DNA of 64,000 bases from NCBI GenBank assembly GCA_964016885.1, contig OZ024746.1, forward strand, positions 47,678,001 to 47,742,000. The letters run 5' to 3'. Every line of letters starts with the position of its first letter. Position 1 is the stretch's first letter. Made by a program: the position numbers and the translations under genes. Below, in pieces: positions 12,745 to 26,098 of the stretch. This DNA comes from Eledone cirrhosa. Taxonomy: Eukaryota. The notes under the pieces were generated by a model. That model made no database searches. It had not been told where the DNA came from and saw only the letters and a list, made by a program, of their open reading frames with translations.

Positions 12745-13370
12745 ATGAAGGAGAGGTGGCTTTTCTCTGTCTGGTGGCTATGGCGAAAGAGGTAACATGG
12801 TGGACGATGTTAAAAGGACTGAGGGCAAACACCTTTCTCTCCGGACAACAACTCATCCCCTGCTTTAATTACCACTTCAGAAGGAAAGTGAGAGTGGAGA
12901 GAGAGGTGCTACACCCCAGTAAATTCGCTGAAAAGTGGGTGAATGTGGCGAAAATACCCGAGTGAATGGGTCTTCGCTGTATATAAACCTGTAGGTTGAG
13001 GAAGACAAACAGAGGGAAGACGGGAACACCTACAATACGTGCTCCTGGTGTTGATGGTTGTTCTATCAACGGGGTGTAAAACAACCCCGCAGTAACGTTC
13101 CCCCCTATTGGGGATTTCGATTGTTTTATTTTATATATATTTTATTGTTATTATTATTATTTACGATCTGAGTTCAAATCCCGCCGAGGTTGACTTTGCC
13201 TTTCATCCTTACGGGGTCGATGAAATAAAGTACCAGTAATGCACTGGGTAATTGCTGGCCTTGTGCCTAAAGTAGAAACAATTATTATTATTAAAGATTT
13301 TCTGTAAAACCCCCGCCGTCACATCTTGTAATGTCCCATGTTTGTACGCCTCTGTGGCAAATAAAGAAAT
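12745..13370 (+). mobile_element. Tx1/L1-like LINE 3' end interrupted by a SINE
   Basis: AKEVTWWT..KG..LSG..HFRRKVRVERE..FAEKW resembles a Tx1 ORF2 C-terminus; AATAAA at about 13360. Confidence 0.55.
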
Positions 13371-14245
13371 ATATCTACCTATCTATCTATTTGACTGTCT
13401 GTTGATATGTCTATCTCTGTGGTTGTACAGTGTCTCTCGCAGGCTGTTAATATATTTGGCTAATGTTTATGCGTATGTCGCGCAATCTATTCATTTAAAC
13501 TAAATGAACTTAAAGCTTGGATCTGACGTAAATCGTCTGGTTTAACTAACGCTCTCGGTTTTTCTTGGTAAGATATGTAAATTCCGGCGTTGTGAAGCTG
13601 GTGAAAACCCTTTCCAATATAGGTCAGTCATTCATTACATATATTTCACACCAACCATAACATAACATACACCCCTCCCCCAACAAAACAAAAACACGCA
13701 TACACACACACACACACTTACACACACCTTACACACAGATATACACACACCTACACAGAGACAAACAAACAAATCAAGAAATCTATATTGTGTGCCTGTG
13801 AATTGCTGGTATTCGTGCTTGTTGTGTTAAAATCTATTCATTTTTTTTTGTCAGATAAAGTATGAGGTCAACGTACATAGTTCTATGTAACCAAATCATT
13901 TACTACATAAATCACGTGCTTGCAAGTAACCCACAGATGAGGGTTCATATTTATGGAAAGGCAGCACCTTGAAAGATATATTGCAAATTCACTCTCTAAC
14001 AAAAGGACATTTATTTACATACACATACTAACACACTCGTTTGCATAAATATATAGGCGCAAGGTCACACAGTTGATTAAATCAATTCAAGTATTTGGTG
14101 GATATTAATTCTGTCAGTCACGGAAGAGATGTAACAGAAATTCAAACTCAGTGGGATTTCAACTCAATACATACAGTGACGTAACTAAATACCACAATTC
14201 ATTTTGCCTTTCTGTTTCCAGATTCTGCTTCAATCACTGCCTCTC

Positions 14246-14580
14246 TTACATGAATATATTTATTTCTAATTTAGTCACAATGTTAGCAAATTTGGGGGAA
14301 AGGGCAACATTTATTAAATCAACCGCAGTACTGGGTCTAAACTGGAGTTCGGTACCGGTTTTATGGTTTTTTATGAGGTGGTAGAAGGTTGGTAGTTTAC
14401 TGTTCCTAGTGGTAAGGTTGCTTTTGTATTTATTAGGAAGTTGCCTCCGTCTACAGATATCAGTCCAGGCCGTGTTAATGTGGTCTTCGATCTGCTTTGG
14501 GGTTGTCTCTGTTGTTTCTGAATATAGTTCACTGTTGCTGATGTGCTCAAAAGCCAGGTTGTTATGTCTGATGGAAGACA
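14246..14580 (-). pseudogene. Penelope-like RT N-terminal fragment
   Basis: KLPTFYHLIKNHK...FRP corresponds to the PLE P.FY.LPKIHK..RPI motif. Confidence 0.7.
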
Positions 14581-14639
14581 ACGCGGAACTCTTTCCTTTT
14601 GTCAGAAAGGAAGTATACGAGGTCCTTCTCCCGTAGGTT

Positions 14640-15480
14640 TTTTTCAGGACGAGTTGTTGTGTCCTAGAAAGGTTGGGAGGGGTGTCCTCTTTTCTCTCAG
14701 TAGGATGGTGAAAATAGACTGCTTGAGTCTGGAGTGTTTGAGATTGGAGTGTTGCACGAGCATTGAATCTACCATCATATCCTCTCAAATGCGTTGGGTA
14801 GGCCATGTTGTGCGCATGAATGAGGAAAGACTCCCCAAATAACTATTTTACAGTCAATTGCACACTGGGAAACACCCTCTGCACAAACAAAGAAAAAGGA
14901 TAAAAGGATTGCATAAAAAACAAACTTAAAGATTTACAGTTTAAAGTTTAGAACTGGGAAGTGCTTGCTTTAAAAAGGGGTAAATGGAGAGGGCTTGTGA
15001 AGGAAGCTGCAGAATGTTTGAAGAGAGACGTCTTGACCATGAAAAACTTAAACGTCAGCTTCGAAAAGGCCACAGTATGAACCTCAATAAGAACATAGGG
15101 AGCTGGATTTGTGAGGTGTGTAGTCGTTTACTGTTATCTAAATCTGCGTACGTCACTCATTTAAAATCACATAAAAAGCCAACTGTATGCAGCTCTATCC
15201 CTCCAATGCTAGGTGAGACAACATGTGTGGTGTGCGAAAAGATCTGTAAATCAATCATTGGTGTTAAAAGGCATACGAGGGTACATATGGATGACATCCC
15301 ACAAACTGACCCAATCAATCCAATACAGGGCACATCATTTGCTGCAGACTGTGCAATTCTAATGCTGGATTTAAAAGCCACCTAAGAGGCCATGAATGGA
15401 CGTTTAGAGTTGGTGACAGTTGATGGGGGTGAATAGGGAGACGGCATTCATCTGCCGAGATGAAGCAATCACCATGTACG
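14640..15480 (+). mobile_element. RTE-clade LINE 3' fragment with C2H2 zinc fingers
   Basis: MRWVGHVVRMNEERLPK, then CEVC..HLKSH and CVVC..HTRVH; terminal hairpin and (ATGT)-like tail; frameshifted. Confidence 0.8.
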
Positions 15481-15551
15481 TGTGTATGTATAGAAAATTG
15501 AGCAAAGTGATCAATGAAAAGAAGAAGCATCAAAGGTCGGAGAAACATCAT

Positions 15552-15656
<105 letters not shown>

Positions 15657-15897
15657 ATTTATGTATGTTCTTCTGGTTTTATAATTTCACAAATTTTTTC
15701 CCAATAGAGAGAAGGTCGGTTTCTAACATAGACACAAGACTCTCTTATTGGAATTTACACAACATCAACTAGGTAGATTATGTATGCATGCATGCATGTG
15801 TAGATATGGATGTTATTGTATGTGTGGATGTGTATGTTTTGAGTTGTATGTGTGCATGTGTATATGCTTTGTATCTGTACATGTGTATATGCAGTTA

Positions 15898-16728
15898 TTA
15901 GATGCAACATTTTTGGACTGTTTTACATATTTTTACTGTTCCATTAATAGATTGTACTTGTAATTTACTAACTAGTTGTATTCTTTCTGTTCCTGTGAAG
16001 CCTAGCTTCTCAAGATTTGTATTGAGGCAGTTACTAACATATCCCAGTGCCCCAATAATCAGAGGCATAAATCTGAAGGTGTAATCAGGGTGGAGTATCT
16101 GCAGATATCCCATCAGTTCTGCATACATATTCTCCTTTTCGCTAATCTTTGATATTATATTGGCATCTGCTGGGCAGCTAATTTCCACTACTGTGCATGC
16201 TTTCTTCTCCCTGTCCCATATCATAATATGTGGTCTGTTATGCCTGCATTTTATTGGGGTTTTTACTGGAACATTCCACCAGTACTCTTTCATATTATGT
16301 ACGTGGATGTCTTCCACATTGCTGTAGCTTTTAATGTGCTTATTATCGAGGCCATCTTTTTTACGAACTGCATTGTACAGTGTTTTGGCCACTACATCAT
16401 GCCTCATAGGTAGATAGTACCGCGATGACATCTTTGGACAGCTGCTGATGACATGGATGATATCCTCGATGTTAGTTCTGCAGAGTCTGCACTTGTTATC
16501 ATATCTAGGTGTTTTGCCTGCATCCCTATCTCTTTTGTGAATCAGGTATTTCATGTTAATCTCCTGTTCTTGGATTGCAAAAGCATATCCTTCAAAGTGG
16601 GAACCAATATAGCGGTTGTTGGTCCAAGATAGACTACTTTCCTTATCTATATTACTCTCACTCTGGAGCTTCCTGGCAACATATCTATGCATGATTTTTT
16701 GCTGATAAGCATGCAGTTTTTCATCCAT
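15898..16728 (-). pseudogene. R4/Dong-type non-LTR retrotransposon C-terminus (CCHC knuckle plus restriction-like endonuclease)
   Basis: CRLC..EDIIHVISSC, RHDVVA, NRPHIMIWD..VVEISCP, EK..YAEL, PLIIGALG. The catalytic PD appears as PH; 5' truncated. Confidence 0.85.
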
Positions 16729-16850
16729 GGATTCACTGCGATACTGCTGAGCGACTTCCGTGGATGTGAGTTTTGTATGTATGTATGTATGTATGTATGT
16801 ATGTATGTATGTATGTATGTATGTATGTATGTATGTATGTATGTATGTAT

Positions 16851-17440
16851 GTCAGGTCACCAGTTGGTGTTACTGGTAACATGTATCCTAGTACAACCTG
16901 TCTCATGGTCGGGTCGTTGGCGACTAAACTGGCAACCCCACCAAGGTTTCTTGGTGAGGAGGGTGACTTTGGACATCCTGCAGGACTAAAAACAAAACCT
17001 GTCAAAGGGCAAAGGAGTTCTTAAGAGTCAATGGCCATCAAAAATCACCGGGAGAGATGACCCCTTAGCCTTTGTCAAGGCAGAATTCTAGAAGAAGGAA
17101 AACTCTGATATAACACCTGCAACCCTGATGGTATCCAATGATGTTGACTTGTTCTTCTTTTTGGTAAATATCATATTGGTTAAGAGAGTGGGACTGGCTT
17201 TGTGCAGTGCCTTTGCTCACTATAAAAGCTTCACGGCACATTGCTTTATATCTGCACTTGTCGTCACATGCTACCATGGGCCCAGCACTATGCGTCAATA
17301 ATTGTCACAAGTGTAGTGTTTGTACCAGAGTTTTCAAGTCGCTGGCTGGACTAAAAAGTCACACTCGTTCAGCGCATCGGTAGGAGTTCTCCTACATGGA
17401 TATAAAGTAGTGGCCATACTCGAAAACGAGTTGGCAGCCA

Positions 17441-17444
<4 letters not shown>
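16851..17444 (+). mobile_element. ~590-bp bipartite RTE-derived non-autonomous retroelement (full-length copy)
   Basis: RTE-like 5' UTR motif gaaggaaaactctga; the 3' part encodes [22 protein letters not shown] (C2H2); ctcg-aaaa-cgag terminal hairpin. Confidence 0.8.
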
Positions 17445-17476
<32 letters not shown>

Positions 17477-17689
17477 ATATATATATGTATGTATATCATC
17501 AATCATCATCATCATTTCATTTTACGTCCACTTTTTCCTGCTTGCAAGGGTGGAACGGGAACTGATTCTGGCTTGATTTCTGCAGCTGGATGCCCTTCCT
17601 AACACCAACCTCATTTACAGTGAGTGCTGGGTGCTTTTTTGCCGTGGCACCTCCACGACCACTTTGCAGTAGAATGATATGAACCTCAG

Positions 17690-17842
17690 TCCCTATCATC
17701 TCATTTCTTCAGCTGAGTAAACTGGAGCAATGTGAAATAAATTGCCTTGCTCAAGGAAACAACACATCACCCGGTCTGAGAATTGAACTCACAACCTTTC
17801 GATTGCAAGGCCAATGCTCTAACCACTAAGCCATTGCCTCCA
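17690..17842 (-). mobile_element. Second tRNA-derived SINE family (also 56737-56845 and 62025-62250)
   Basis: Reverse strand tggcttagtggttagagc..gtgagttcaattc shows A and B boxes, followed by ccttgagcaaggca. Confidence 0.75.
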
Positions 17843-18564
17843 TATATATATGTATATACACATATATATATATATGTATGTATGTATATATATATGTATA
17901 TATATATATATATATGTATGTATATGTGTATGTATATATATATATATATGTATGTATATGTGTATGTATATATATATATATATGTACGTATGTATGTATA
18001 TATATATGTATATATATATGTATATGTGTGTATATATATATGTATATATATATATATATATGTATGTATGTGTATGTATATGTGTATGTATATATGTATG
18101 TATATATATATATATATATGTATGTATATATATATATATATATGTATGTATATATATATATATATATGTATGTATATATATATATATATGTATGATTGTA
18201 TATATATATATATATATATGTCTGTATGTATATATATATGTATATATATGTATATATATGTATATATGTATGTATGTATATGTATGTATATATGTATGTA
18301 TGTATATATATGTATATATGTATGTATGTATATATATGTATATATGTATGTATGTATATATATGTATATATGTATGTATGTATATATATGTATATATGTA
18401 TGTATGTATATATATGTATATTTGTATGTATGTATATATATGTATATATGTATGTATGTATATATATGTATATATGTATGTATGTATATATATGTATATA
18501 TATATGTATGTATATATATGTATATATATATGTATGTATATGTATATATATATGTATGTATATG

Positions 18565-18595
<31 letters not shown>

Positions 18596-18650
18596 GTATA
18601 TATATATATATATATGTATATGTATGTATGTATGTATGTATATATATATG

Positions 18651-18683
<33 letters not shown>

Positions 18684-18984
18684 ATATGTGTGTATGTATG
18701 TATATATATATATGTATGTATGTATGTATATATATATGTATATGTATATATATGTATGTATGTATGTATATATATATATGTATGTATGTATATATATGTA
18801 TATATATATATATATGTATGTATGTATATATATGTATGCATGTATATATATGTATATATATATGTATGTATGTATGTATATATATGTATGTATGTATATA
18901 TATGTATATATATATGTATGTATGTATATATATGTATATATATGTATATATATATATGTATGTATGTATATATATGTATGTATG

Positions 18985-19020
<36 letters not shown>

Positions 19021-19039
19021 TGTGTGTATATATATATAT

Positions 19040-19760
<721 letters not shown>

Positions 19761-20074
19761 ATATATATGTATGTATGTATATATATATATGTATATATGT
19801 ATGTATGTATATATATATGTATATATGTATGTATGTATATATATATGTATATATGTATGTATGTATATATATATGTATGTATGTATATATATATGTATAT
19901 ATATATGTATGTATGTATATATATATGTATGTATATATGTATGTATATATATATGTATATATATATGTATGTATGTATATATATATGTATATATATATAT
20001 ATATATATAATATATATATATATGTATGTATATATATATATGTATATATATATGTATATATATATATATATGTA

Positions 20075-20690
20075 TAAACAAGGTTTAGCAAATAATTGAA
20101 AAGTTTCAAAATAAATTTAAAAAAATTAACTTTACCTACTATAGTTACCTTTACCGATCGGTTTCGAATCCCAAAAATAAACGGATACCATACGGCCTTC
20201 GTTGCAAAGAAAGATTATCGTCAGAAGGTTCTTTTCATTCAAAGAATATAAAATTCCTGAATTTAAATTACGAACTAGCGCTATCAAAACTGTTCCTGGG
20301 ATGAGAGTGGATGATGTAGAAACAGGTTTATCAAGGACCGAAGTAAAGATAGAGGCAGAAGGAGGTAGGTCAAACCAGCCGCAACTATCACTAGCAGCAG
20401 TCGGAGCGACCAAATTTGTTCTCAACTTAGAGGAGGTAGTAATAATAGGATATGTGTTCCTTCACGCACAAGGCGCTAAAGTACGCATGTATTGTCCAAC
20501 CAAATGCCAGTGTGGTTCAATGGCAGGTTTTTAAAATTTATTTTGAAACTTTTTCATTATTTGCTAAACCTTGTTTATATTTGTTCTGGCTCGTTAATTT
20601 ATTAACCTGCCATTGAACCACACTGGCATTTGGCTGGACAATACATGCGTACCTTAGCGCCTTGTACGTGAAGGAACACATATCCTATTA
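20075..20690 (-). mobile_element. ~490-bp HHR monomer (diverged subfamily) with inverted arm spanning the monomer junction
   Basis: 20529-20578 is the inverse of 20075-20122, and 20604-20690 is the inverse of 20445-20529. Homologous to 31703-32630. Confidence 0.85.
20147..20229 (-). ncRNA. Type I HHR
   Basis: acctt-CTGACGA-t aatctt..gggatt c-GAAA-ccgatcgg-TA-aaggt; palindromic stem III, GUA triplet. Confidence 0.88.
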
Positions 20691-20706
20691 TATATATATA
20701 TGTATG

Positions 20707-20737
<31 letters not shown>

Positions 20738-20738
20738 G

Positions 20739-20779
<41 letters not shown>

Positions 20780-20898
20780 ATATATGTGTATATATGTATA
20801 TATGTATGTATGGATATATATATATGTATATGTATATATATATGTATGTATATATATATGTATGTATGTATATATATATGTATATATATATATATTGT

Positions 20899-21506
20899 GT
20901 CAGGTCACCAGTTGGTGCTACTGGTAACATGTATCCCAGTACAACCTGTCTCATGGTCGGGTCGTTGGCGACTAAACTGGCAACCCCACCAAGGTTTCTT
21001 GGTGAGGAGGGTGGCTTTGGACATCCTGCAGGACTAAAAACAAAACCTGTCAAAAGGCAAAGGGGCTCTTAAGAGTCAATAGCCATCCAAAATCACAGGG
21101 AGAGATGACCCTGTAGCCTTTGTCAAGGCAGAATTCTAGGAGAAGGAAAACTCTGATATAACACCTGCAACCCTGATGGTATCCAATGATGTTGAATTGT
21201 TCTTCTTTTTGGTAAATATCATCTTGGTTAAGAGAGTGGGACTGGCTTTGTGCAGTGCCTTTGCTCACTATAAAAGCTTCACAGCACAGGCATTGCTTTA
21301 TATCTGGAGATCTCTCTGCACTTATCGTCACATGGTACCATGGGCCCAGCACTATGTGTCAATAATTGTCACAGGTGTAGTGTTTGTACCAGAGTTTTCA
21401 AGTCGCTGGCTGGACTAAAAAGTCACATTCGTTCAGCGCATTGGTAGGGGTTCTCCTACATGGATATAAAGTAGTGGCCGTGCTCGAAAACGAGTTGGCA
21501 GCCACT
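20899..21506 (+). mobile_element. Full-length RTE-derived element, followed by an older deleted copy at 21612-21812
   Basis: Aligns end to end with 16851-17444. Confidence 0.85.
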
Positions 21507-21842
21507 ATGTATGTATGTATGTATGTATGTATGTATGTATGTATGTATGTATGTATGTATGTATGTATGTATGCATGTATGCATGTATGTATGTATATAT
21601 GTATATATGTATAGTTACCGATGATGTTGATCTTTTCTTCTTTTCGGGTTATAGCTACTGTCGCTCAGAGAGTGGGATTGGCTCAGTGCACAGTCTTTCC
21701 TCACTTTAAAAAATATTCACGCACAGGCATTGCACGATAGAATTAATTAATAATTATTAATAATGGTATAACATGCAATGGCCATACTCGATAACGAGGG
21801 GGCAGCCATCATATATATATATACATACATTCATGCATGCTT

Positions 21843-21871
<29 letters not shown>

Positions 21872-21873
<2 letters not shown>

Positions 21874-22020
21874 ACAAAGAAAGTCTGGTAAGAAACCATA
21901 ACGCACCAGAGTACTCGATACTTAGGGTAGTGGATAATAGGAAAAGAGTATACTCCTGGCTTAGTTTGGATCTAGCTGTCGAAACGGTCGGAGGTCAGCC
22001 GTCGGGGTCCTGACTCTTCC
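21872..22020 (-). mobile_element. Family F short PLE-type insertion
   Basis: Tail homologous to 785-882 on the minus strand; the inverted arm carries GAAAcggt..gccgTCggggtc. Confidence 0.65.
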
Positions 22021-22036
22021 CCCCCCCCTCTCTCTC

Positions 22037-22103
<67 letters not shown>

Positions 22104-22485
22104 GCGATTGTCAAACTGAGATCAGTTTAACAATCGGCACCGACGAATGCGAGACAGTTGTCCAGGAAAGTTAACCAGGAATCTTTAAAAATCTTCCCAC
22201 CGACAAAGAACTTACTAGATTTACCAACTCATAATATTATAATACTAAATGATCTGAGTTCAAATCCCGCTGAGGTTAACTTTGCCTTTCATCCTTACGG
22301 GGTCGATAAAATAAAGTACCAGTAATGCACTGGGTAATTGCTGGCCTTGTGCCAAAAGTAGAAACAATTATAAAATTAAATCAAATTGTTTAGAACTACA
22401 AGTGAAGTCATTCTCTTCCTTTTTTTTTTGAAATATACATAACTGTACCAAGAATCTCACACATTTTCCAATATATATATATATA

Positions 22486-22565
22486 TAATTGCCTTGTCTG
22501 ACGAACGAATGCGGACGTTTCTTGTATTCGTCTTATTCGGGAAACCTCTGGTAATGAGGTAATTA
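22486..22565 (+). ncRNA. Type I HHR, family E (tail continues to about 22667)
   Basis: taattgccttgt-CTGACGA-a cgaat..attcg g-GAAA-cc tct gg-TA-atgaggtaatta; 12-bp stem I. Confidence 0.88.
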
Positions 22566-22663
22566 TATTGTATTGTTTATTATATATTAAATTTAGCTCT
22601 GTAACTTACATAGAGCACTCTTCACTCCTATGACTTTTTCAATTTTCAACGGAAACTTCAATA

Positions 22664-22708
<45 letters not shown>

Positions 22709-23982
22709 ATGCACATACATACATACGAGCACACTTATAAAAATACATGAATAAATATCTAGATAGGTAGATCGAAAGATGTATGCATAGTTAAATAGAC
22801 AAATATAAAAATAGAATTTAAAGGAAAATTTGAATAAATATGTAAACGAATAAATGTATAAATAAGTAAACGAATAAATGAACAAATAAATAATAAATAG
22901 ATCGATAATAGATAGATATCTAGATCTGGAAGTGTAGACACAACAAATCATTATCTATTTATCATTTTGTCCATTTAATTATTGGTTCAGTAAATTCCAA
23001 ATTAATTCTTTAAATTGTATCTATCTATTTATTGTCTTTCTTTTATTTTATACTAAATATTTATTTGTCTGTGTACACACGCACACATACCGGTACACTC
23101 CGCCACACACTCACACACATATATATATATATATGTATATGTATATATAGATACATATATATATATGTATATATACATACATACACACATATATATATAT
23201 ATAAATGCATACATACATACATACACATATATATATATGTGTGTATGTATGTACACACACACACACACACACATATATATATCTACACACACTTATATAT
23301 ATGTGTGTGTGTGTACGACGCATCGAAGTGTCTAGCTTGTTTGATGAGATGGGTGATTTTCTGATAGCCCGTGGCATCGAACATCCACCAAGAGACTCAA
23401 CGACAGTCCAATAGTGTGTATATATGCTATGTAAATATACCTTAGAAAAGAATACTCTTATCTGAGACCTACGATATTTGTCGTCTTTAGTCAATTTGCT
23501 TAGCTTTTGCTTGTTTGTAGTTTAACTGATTTAGCTATTTAGAGAATAGTTCTTGTATAGAAGAAGAGTTTGTTACTATGAAATTTGATATGAAAGGTAC
23601 ATTTTGCATGTTTTCTTTCCTTCAAGCACTAGTCAGAACTATTTTCAGCCACAAAGAGACAGGGGATCTGCGACGATTTGGAGCAGCATTGTCGTCTGTA
23701 ACAATGAAATATTTTCCTTTCTCGTAAAAGCACACGAAAGGTTTAGTGCAGGTGAGAATAGTGTAAATCCTCCGGCCACCCATGCTACTCTGTTCTGGTC
23801 TACGTTGAGCCGCTTATTACTTTTATTTGAAGCTGAAATAGACTGCGACATTTAATTTCACGCTTTGCTGCAGATTTAAGTAATGAATAGAATAAATGAT
23901 ATATATATACATATATATATATGTAAATGTGTGTGCGTGCGTGCGTACGCGTATGTGTATATGTATAATATATATATATATA

Positions 23983-24142
23983 GGAAAAAGTATGACCCCG
24001 ACGGCAGGGATCAAGCCGTTTCGACGGCTATTTCTGGATTCAGTCGGGGTCATACTTTTTCCTATTTCCCACTCTACTACCCCAAGTAGTGAGTACTCTG
24101 GTGCGTTATGGTCCATCTGGTTCCTTACCACAATTTCTTTGT

Positions 24143-24144
<2 letters not shown>
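23983..24144 (+). mobile_element. Family F short PLE-type insertion
   Basis: Inverted arm 23983-24040 carries the HHR 3' half; the sense copy starts at gtcggggtc (24043). Confidence 0.7.
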
Positions 24145-24198
<54 letters not shown>

Positions 24199-24457
24199 TA
24201 TATGTTTATTTTTGCGTATGTGTGTATTTGTAGTCGTTTTTGCGTATGTGTATAAATGTAGTCGTTCCACCCGGATGTTCACACAAACACAAACATATAT
24301 ACGGGACAAACTACTAAAATCGTCGACATTTTTATATAGTTATAAAGTTATTGTACAGAGCGGTTAGTTGTTTACCTGTTATACTTGTTGAAATAACGAT
24401 AAAAATAAACGAATGACTTTTATTCACGCGTAATGTGTACGTTGGTGTGTATAAGTT

Positions 24458-24493
<36 letters not shown>

Positions 24494-26048
24494 CGCGTGT
24501 GTGAGTGTGAATATAAGTGCTTGTACATGCGTATGTGTATCTATATTTGTTGATCGACGTAAATCTCTGATCTTGGTAGCGTCATACCTATGGAAGAGTA
24601 AGATAATATCTTATAGAACAAGGTCAAGGCTGCTTTAAAAGTTTGTATCTGTCATATTTAGAAAATAAATTGATGTTAGTCGAACAAGCGAAGTAGTCAC
24701 TACATGTTAGCTCGACCTGCTAGTACTAACACCCTAATCTCCCTAAAAATCATACCCTACCGTTTCAGAAAGGACAAGGACACTGGCTGTTGGACTGGTA
24801 TTTGATCCATTTATCTGTCAAGCTATCTTTCATTCATTGGATTATGTGATCTTAGATATATGATGCCTGCAAACAAAATACCGGATGATCATGGTTGGAA
24901 TGCCTTTGATCACAAACCTACTGAATCAAGGCTGACTTAGGATTAATCCAGCTAAAGGTTAGTAATCAGAAAAATGAAAATTTGATTAACATTATTTTTA
25001 TACTAATTATTATCACTCTTTTTTTCTCGATTTGGGAATATCAGTGGAATCGAGAGAGTGTTGGAAAAAAATAACTCGTAGTATTTAATCATGGTTCTTT
25101 AGGTTGTGAGCTGAAATCCTGTTAGAATCAACTTTATCTTTCATTCTTTTGCAGTTGAAAAAATAAAGTACCAGTGAAGTACTTAGTTGATTTAATCGAC
25201 ATGCTCCTCCCCTAGAAGTTGCGGCTCTGTACTTATATTTAGAATCACTACTACTGGTCGTTGAAATTTGATAGAATGTCAGAAGAGGTAGAAAGTAGGA
25301 TAAAATCTAACGAGGTATTTTGTAGTTATGCCTCTTCATGTTTTGAGTTCAAATTCTGCCAGAAGAGGCTTTACCTTTCAGTACAGTATTGGAGTTGGTA
25401 TAATCTATTATTCTCCACTTCACCAACATTTGTGACCTTGTGATTATGTGAGGAAGTATTTACTATTATTACTTGTGGTTTGAATTATGTCTTCGATTTT
25501 CTTCCATAGTTATAGTTGTTTAAAGGGTTTGGTCCATTATGTTAAATATTTCGTTTGTCTCTTTCATTTTATGTTTAAAGCGTAACGTTGGGAGGGTGGC
25601 CGCATGTCTCGAAAAGAACGGGAGGTTTCAGCGAATGAATGGAAACTTGGTTGCCGTCAACTGAGACAAAATATGTTACAGTGCGCGCTTGGGTTTCAGC
25701 ACAAGAATGAACAGAGGTAATGGGCCAGTATGGTGCAACACACATCTGCCTATAGGCCCATACCCCAATACAGAGCCGAATGCAATACAAAAAAGACAAC
25801 CAAGGGTGTTAGCATAGATATTGACCTTTGGCTCACTATCAACTTTGTAGCTCTATGTGAGAGGTCAAGTGAAATGACATGTAATCAGGAAGGGCCAGGA
25901 TGAACAATTCTAATGAACTCTGAAAGGGACATTCAAGACCTATGCCTTGTGAATGCAGGAACAAATGTAATGAGACTAGAGATGAAGGGCAGAAAACCCA
26001 ACCGTTGCACTTGCGGAAGCAAGAGCCACTAGAGATGCAGAGAGAGGG

Positions 26049-26098
<50 letters not shown>

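Noticed and set aside
20202-20534. 110-aa and 70-85-aa ORFs inside the 488-bp monomer family
   Set aside because: Frames and starts are not conserved between subfamilies; the similarity is explained at nucleotide level.
23645-23851. Possible host exon on the minus strand (ttcag acceptor-like site, 68-aa ORF)
   Set aside because: No recognisable domain or partner exons; it cannot be supported without RNA-seq or a homology search.
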